The notes beneath the pieces are model-generated. The model was not told the DNA's origin. It saw nothing but the letters and a program-made list of their open reading frames with translations, and made no database searches. The position numbers and the translations under genes were made by a program. A DNA stretch of 62,952 nt, counting the filler, from Sphaeroforma arctica JP610 (taxonomy: Eukaryota), in NCBI RefSeq assembly GCF_001186125.1. It is 3 parts of 2 records of this genome, joined end to end, with 100 filler letters (N's around TTAATTAATTAA, not from the genome) between each part and the next. Parts side by side here need not be neighbours in the genome. Positions count along the whole stretch, not along the records: positions 53,918 to 62,952 come from NW_014040550.1; 2 more parts are not named here. One strand, written 5' to 3'. Of the stretch, positions 58,093-62,952 are shown piece after piece; position 1 is the first letter of the stretch, and each line of letters begins with the position of its first letter.

Positions 58093-59958
58093 AATAATGT
58101 GGAACAGTTCATAGCGTGCTCTGTATTGCATGGCAATCATATTACGTATTGAAGTAGAGAGTGAATGGTATATCAGCCTCTGGGATTAGATTTAGTCTAC
58201 ACGCTAATCGGCGCCGTAGAATAACTACTATCCAGTTTGCTTCAGTACAACTAATGGGGAGATTTCGGAAATTAATAAGGTGTTAATATAGTGGTGTACA
58301 CTTTTTTTTTTTGGTAATGCTGGGTAGTGTGACCAATACAGAGCAAAGTGTACGTACCATGACTACTGAAATTCTCTTCCGCATTGCATTTGGAAAGATC
58401 CTGCCATATCAGTCATAGTTGGGACATACCAATATCCTAACTTATAAATCTCGCACTAGAATTGTCTCGCCGCAATCCTCCTCGATTCCTCACGAAGTTC
58501 GCTATAACATGATAGAAGACAGCCGTCAGAATAGAGCCGATATAATATTGCAAGAATGTACGTTATTTATTATTCGATACTACTCGAATTCTGTTAATTT
58601 CTGCCTAAGCAACCATATCAAGATGCATAGCGTGAAGCACACAATTCTGAGCTCATATCACTTTAAAACACACAATAATTACGTAAATGCTGATATGGTC
58701 TTAATGTTTTAAGGCGAACTGAATTTTCTGTGACTATTAAATTCTAATGAAAAACCGGAGAGACGACCAAATAATCGGATTCGTACGAGGGGGTGATAAT
58801 ATCATGGTTTTCTTCCAACTCTTTTCGAACGGCTAACAAAGTAGTACAAATACTGATTACCTATGTAGCAATTTGTCATAGCCTATTCTGTGAGTGTGGT
58901 GACTATCTGAAATGCCTTTCCTTATTGGCACAGCATAAATCAATATACCAACTGACGATGAAACCTTTTGGAAAATACTTTATGAAATTTTAGAAGTAGA
59001 TTGCACCCATTTTAAAAAGTTAATAATTATTGAATCGACGTACATAAAAACTATACTCTCATGAAGCCATTGGCATTTGGCGTATAGCCAACCTGTTTCA
59101 TATCTGTTCGACTACTCTTTTATACGTGTCGACATTCGACACAGTAAATACTCAATAGAAGTACTTTTATTATACTTGCAATGAAGCATTGGCATTTAGA
59201 AAATCAGTAATCGTTCAGGTAACGCGTAGAAAATAAATATTTTATAAATAATGATTAAGGTTGTTGTGGGAAAAATTGGCGTACTTTATGATGGAGCTAT
59301 AACGGTATGCAAATCAAGCTTATCATAAACTACCATGTTTTTGCTTACCAAATGCCATGAAACTTGAAAGGCGAAAGCTGATATGAAGCAATTTATAAAT
59401 AGTTTAGTGCATCGTCATTGGTGCAGCTGTTAGTGATAAAATACGTTTCCTAATTGTGGACTACTCATTTCAATATGACTAAAAATAGATTCTTTGTGTA
59501 AATTGTTGCGAAACTGATACAATCACCCAATCAGATTACACTCATTTTTGGATAGGGGTTCGAAATTCGAATTGACGATTTGACGGTCACTCTCACAGAC
59601 TCCACTCTCTCTCTCTCTCGCTTGTGATATGAGTAAGCAAACTCCAACGGTCCAGTCTTGTCCAGGCTCCAGCGGTCCAGCCTCCAGGTCTCCACTATCC
59701 AGTCACCACTACACAATAACTTAATAAGAGAGAGAGAGAAAGATTCTGATTTAGGCCACAACAAAGAGAGAAGAGAGCCGTCTCTTGAGTCTTGACTCTT
59801 GAGCCTTGACAGTATGTATTCAGTTTCCGAAGTGCCGACAGTCGAGAACCTCTGGGGCCCTGTGCCCCCCCTAAAGGCAAGGACTTAAAAATAATATTTC
59901 GCCAACGTATCATAGAAGGATAGTTTCTGGGGGAAAACCTGTTGTGCGTTAAAAGCGA

Positions 59959-60179
59959 AGGCAAACATAACAGGTTGTCAAACATCGACTATTTAAGCGC
60001 ATGAAATACATTTGTTTGGATGTTATATAGACGCTGCGGATGAGACCAGCTGGTGCTTGTCAGTCGAGGCAAACATAACAGGTTGTCAAACATCGATTTT
60101 TTGAGCACATGAGTTGCATTTGTTTGCGTGTTACGTATTTTTTAGACGCTGTGGATAAGCTCAGGTGGTGCTTGTCAGT
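59959..60179. repeat. Diverged ~108-bp tandem duplication
   Basis: aggcaaacataacaggttgtcaaacatcga...tggtgcttgtcagt begins at 59959 and again at 60067. Confidence 0.85.
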
Positions 60180-61669
60180 TTCATTCACAGTGTGCGTTCT
60201 TTCAAATGCACTGGAAGTCTGGAATGGCAGTGAGATTGGATCCCCCTACTATCCACAAGACTGCCTTGGTTTTCAAGGTTTGATAAATGATACTCAAAAA
60301 ATGATATTCTTTTCGGTCTATATTTTCTATTGGCAGGCTAGGTTCGCTAGAAGAAAGTTTCAACATTTGATGTTCATTTTTGCATGTCGGACAGCGCATT
60401 GTATAGCCATATATGGATCAAACACTCAAACGCACACAACCTTGTCAACAATAAGCATATCAAATCTACATCGCCTTTCAAATTATAGCAAGCAACAATC
60501 AATACATGAAAGGCTTGCTATATTCGTCAAAATGATCTATTCCCAAAATCCATATGCGACATTTTGAAGTTTGAAGTTTGTTTGTTTTGCATGTCGGATA
60601 ACGCACAACTCCCGTATTCGAATCGAACGTTCATTGATACACATATAACAGCCTTGTCAAGAATAAGCATTTGTATATCTTCATCGTCCGAACACTTGTT
60701 ACAGTAATATTTCACTATATGAAGATTATATATTGTCCTCCAGTGTACACCTTATAAAGATATAAAGACACAATAGATGTTTTGAAATACTCATTGATAC
60801 CTTCGAAGGCTCTGTTGAATAGACTAGTAAACGAGATGAAATATTTCTTAACTCAGACAATCGCCAAGTTTTCGATTCAAACCGACTTTCAAATATAGTC
60901 TACCGGTTACTGGCAACACACAGAGCAATGAATCTGTACAATAAATATTGAATGAACGCCTTCGTAAAGCTATTTTAAGGCTGTGTCGAATAGAGTGAGG
61001 ACTTATTAGAGGACTCCCATAAGTCCCATTGCATATAGTTGCATACACAATACGATTAACAGAGACTTGTGAGTTTAGACCGGAGAGGTGATCATGACAG
61101 TGATGGAGAGGAGTTCGTTGACCACAACAATAACAGTGTTCCTGGAAGAATGCCAGATTTTACTCTATTTGCACGAGTTATTGAAAATATGTCAAAAATC
61201 AAAAAATTAGGTCTTATCGGGCCATCCATAGGGCAAGCGAACAAAAATTTGTCACGAGAGTTAAGTCGAAGATTCGATTGATTTATTTCTACAAACTACA
61301 TAACTAAAAACAGGAGAGATGGCTACAGTATTATAGAGAGTATAGAATATAATGAGCTTCAATTTAGAAGACCCTACATAACAGCTGAAGTTACAAGAAC
61401 AAAATACATTCAACGTATCAGACGGCATGTATTAAAGCCGCAAACACAGAGACGCAACTTAGCATACTGATGCTTATGACTACTTGAATACACAAGTAAT
61501 CTCAATTGCGCTACGTTTCGAATATAGTTCACATGCTGTCATTCACACAAACAGCCCAGGATATAAACTAAACATTAGAGACCTTTGTACAGAATCAGGC
61601 AACGCAACACACCCAGCTTTAATTATAGAAAAGCCATACAAGTACACACAACAAAGCACATTCTTCAGC

Positions 61670-62926
61670 ATGAGTCAACATATCTCAGCTGACCACCTTC
61701 ATAAAATGCGAGTAGTAGTGATGGGCCCTGGTGGTGTGGGTAAATCAGCGACGACCCTACAGTTTGTCCGTAATACGTATGTGCCTCGCTTGATTATAGT
61801 GACGGTTACTTTATTGTTTTTATTATGTACTTATGTCCATTTTTGTAGGCAATAGCCTACCTGTGATTACAGCTTATTCCGAGGTAGATGAAGACCAGTT
61901 GTGACATATTATACCGCGAAGCACAAGGCATTATGTATCTTCTACTCCGCCTATATGTTGCGTGAGTACGGTGTCATGCTTGTTTATAATTCCTAACTCT
62001 GTACGGCCAATGACTGTGGCAGTTGAGAGAGTGTGCTAGTGTGTATCGAGTCTTACTGCTAGGGAGCTATGTACCAATTGAGGAGTTCAGCCCTTGTCTG
62101 TACCGTATGCAACAATCACTCGGAACACACATTGTCCAGTCTTTTCTGTTGACTATACTTTGGGAACGCATCAATATCTCAAGCGATAAGTATGTCTGCC
62201 ATCAGATCGTCGGATGATATTTAGTATTTGCTACTTCGCCATGCACGGTCTCAATAGGTGGCACCCACTATGCCCAGTAAGCATTAATAGCTGGATATAA
62301 AAGCGTACCTTTAGCACGAATGTCTTCTAATCAGAGCAAATGATTGTCCTGTTGAGAGGTTCAGTATCTTTCTAGCGTGAAGTACGCATGCTTTAATGCT
62401 CAAATTGATTGAATTCTCTGTACAGATTCTTAGAAGAGTATGATCCTACAATCGAAGATTCATACTCAAAGACACTGAATATTGAACCAGGAGTGGTTGA
62501 ACTGGATATCATAGACACAGCCGGCCAAGAAGAATTCAGGTCAGTTCGAATCTTAAATATTCGATCTACAAAGTGCGAACCGTTTACAAAGATCGGCCTT
62601 CAATCGTACAACGAATGAATCAGTTATAACTTAGTGTACCAAGCACTTATATCCCCCTTGCATACTTCTTAATTTGTTCTTTAAGTTTGACATATTTACT
62701 GTATCGTAAACAATTTCTTGACGCGATCAGCGGTTGTAGTTTACTTCAAAATCGGGAATTCAACACGACATGTACTAAATTCTCTCCTTACAGGAAAATG
62801 TGGGGAGACAAACACATCTCGAATGGAGATGGATTTCTACTAGTGTTCAGTTTGGTGGACGAAAACTCGATCAGGGACTTAGAGGAGATACGACAGCAAA
62901 TAGAACATGTCAAAGACCGATGCAAT
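61670..62926 (+). CDS. Ras-family small GTPase, 3'-partial
   Basis: Exons 61670-61776, 62426-62539, 62794-62926. G1 GPGGVGKS; effector loop YDPTIEDSY; G3 DTAGQEEF; GDGFLLVFSL. Confidence 0.93.
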
Positions 62927-62952
62927 GTAAGTGTTTTGAACAAAAACTCATA

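Overview
Intron-rich eukaryotic draft-genome window with N-gaps, two of them containing an artificial TTAATTAATTAA spacer. Gene content (MNT/Mxd-type bHLH-Zip, Ras, LIG6/Adl1-type ligase) suggests a non-animal opisthokont, possibly a unicellular holozoan; this is inference. Bases 1-11.6 kb are decayed mobile DNA: three Ty3/Gypsy-type retroelement relics, a Ulp1-like protease relic, a MITE-like element and a ~525-bp tandem array. The rest is gene-rich: ATP synthase subunit d, RPL35A, NOM1/SGD1, an MNT/Mxd-like repressor with a Sin3-interaction motif, a disrupted low-complexity gene, a DNA ligase, a 12-exon J-domain gene, a pogo/Tigger relic, seryl-tRNA synthetase, a 5'-partial DEAD-box helicase and a 3'-partial Ras GTPase. 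The most interesting result comes from splicing the J-domain gene by hand: it gives a 470-aa protein with a mitochondrial-like presequence, a domain whose motif order resembles Bacillus YdjG (pspA-ydjGHI envelope-stress operon), hydrophobic segments and a C-terminal HPD J-domain. All gene models are manual GT-AG reconstructions, and family comparisons are from memory, not database searches.
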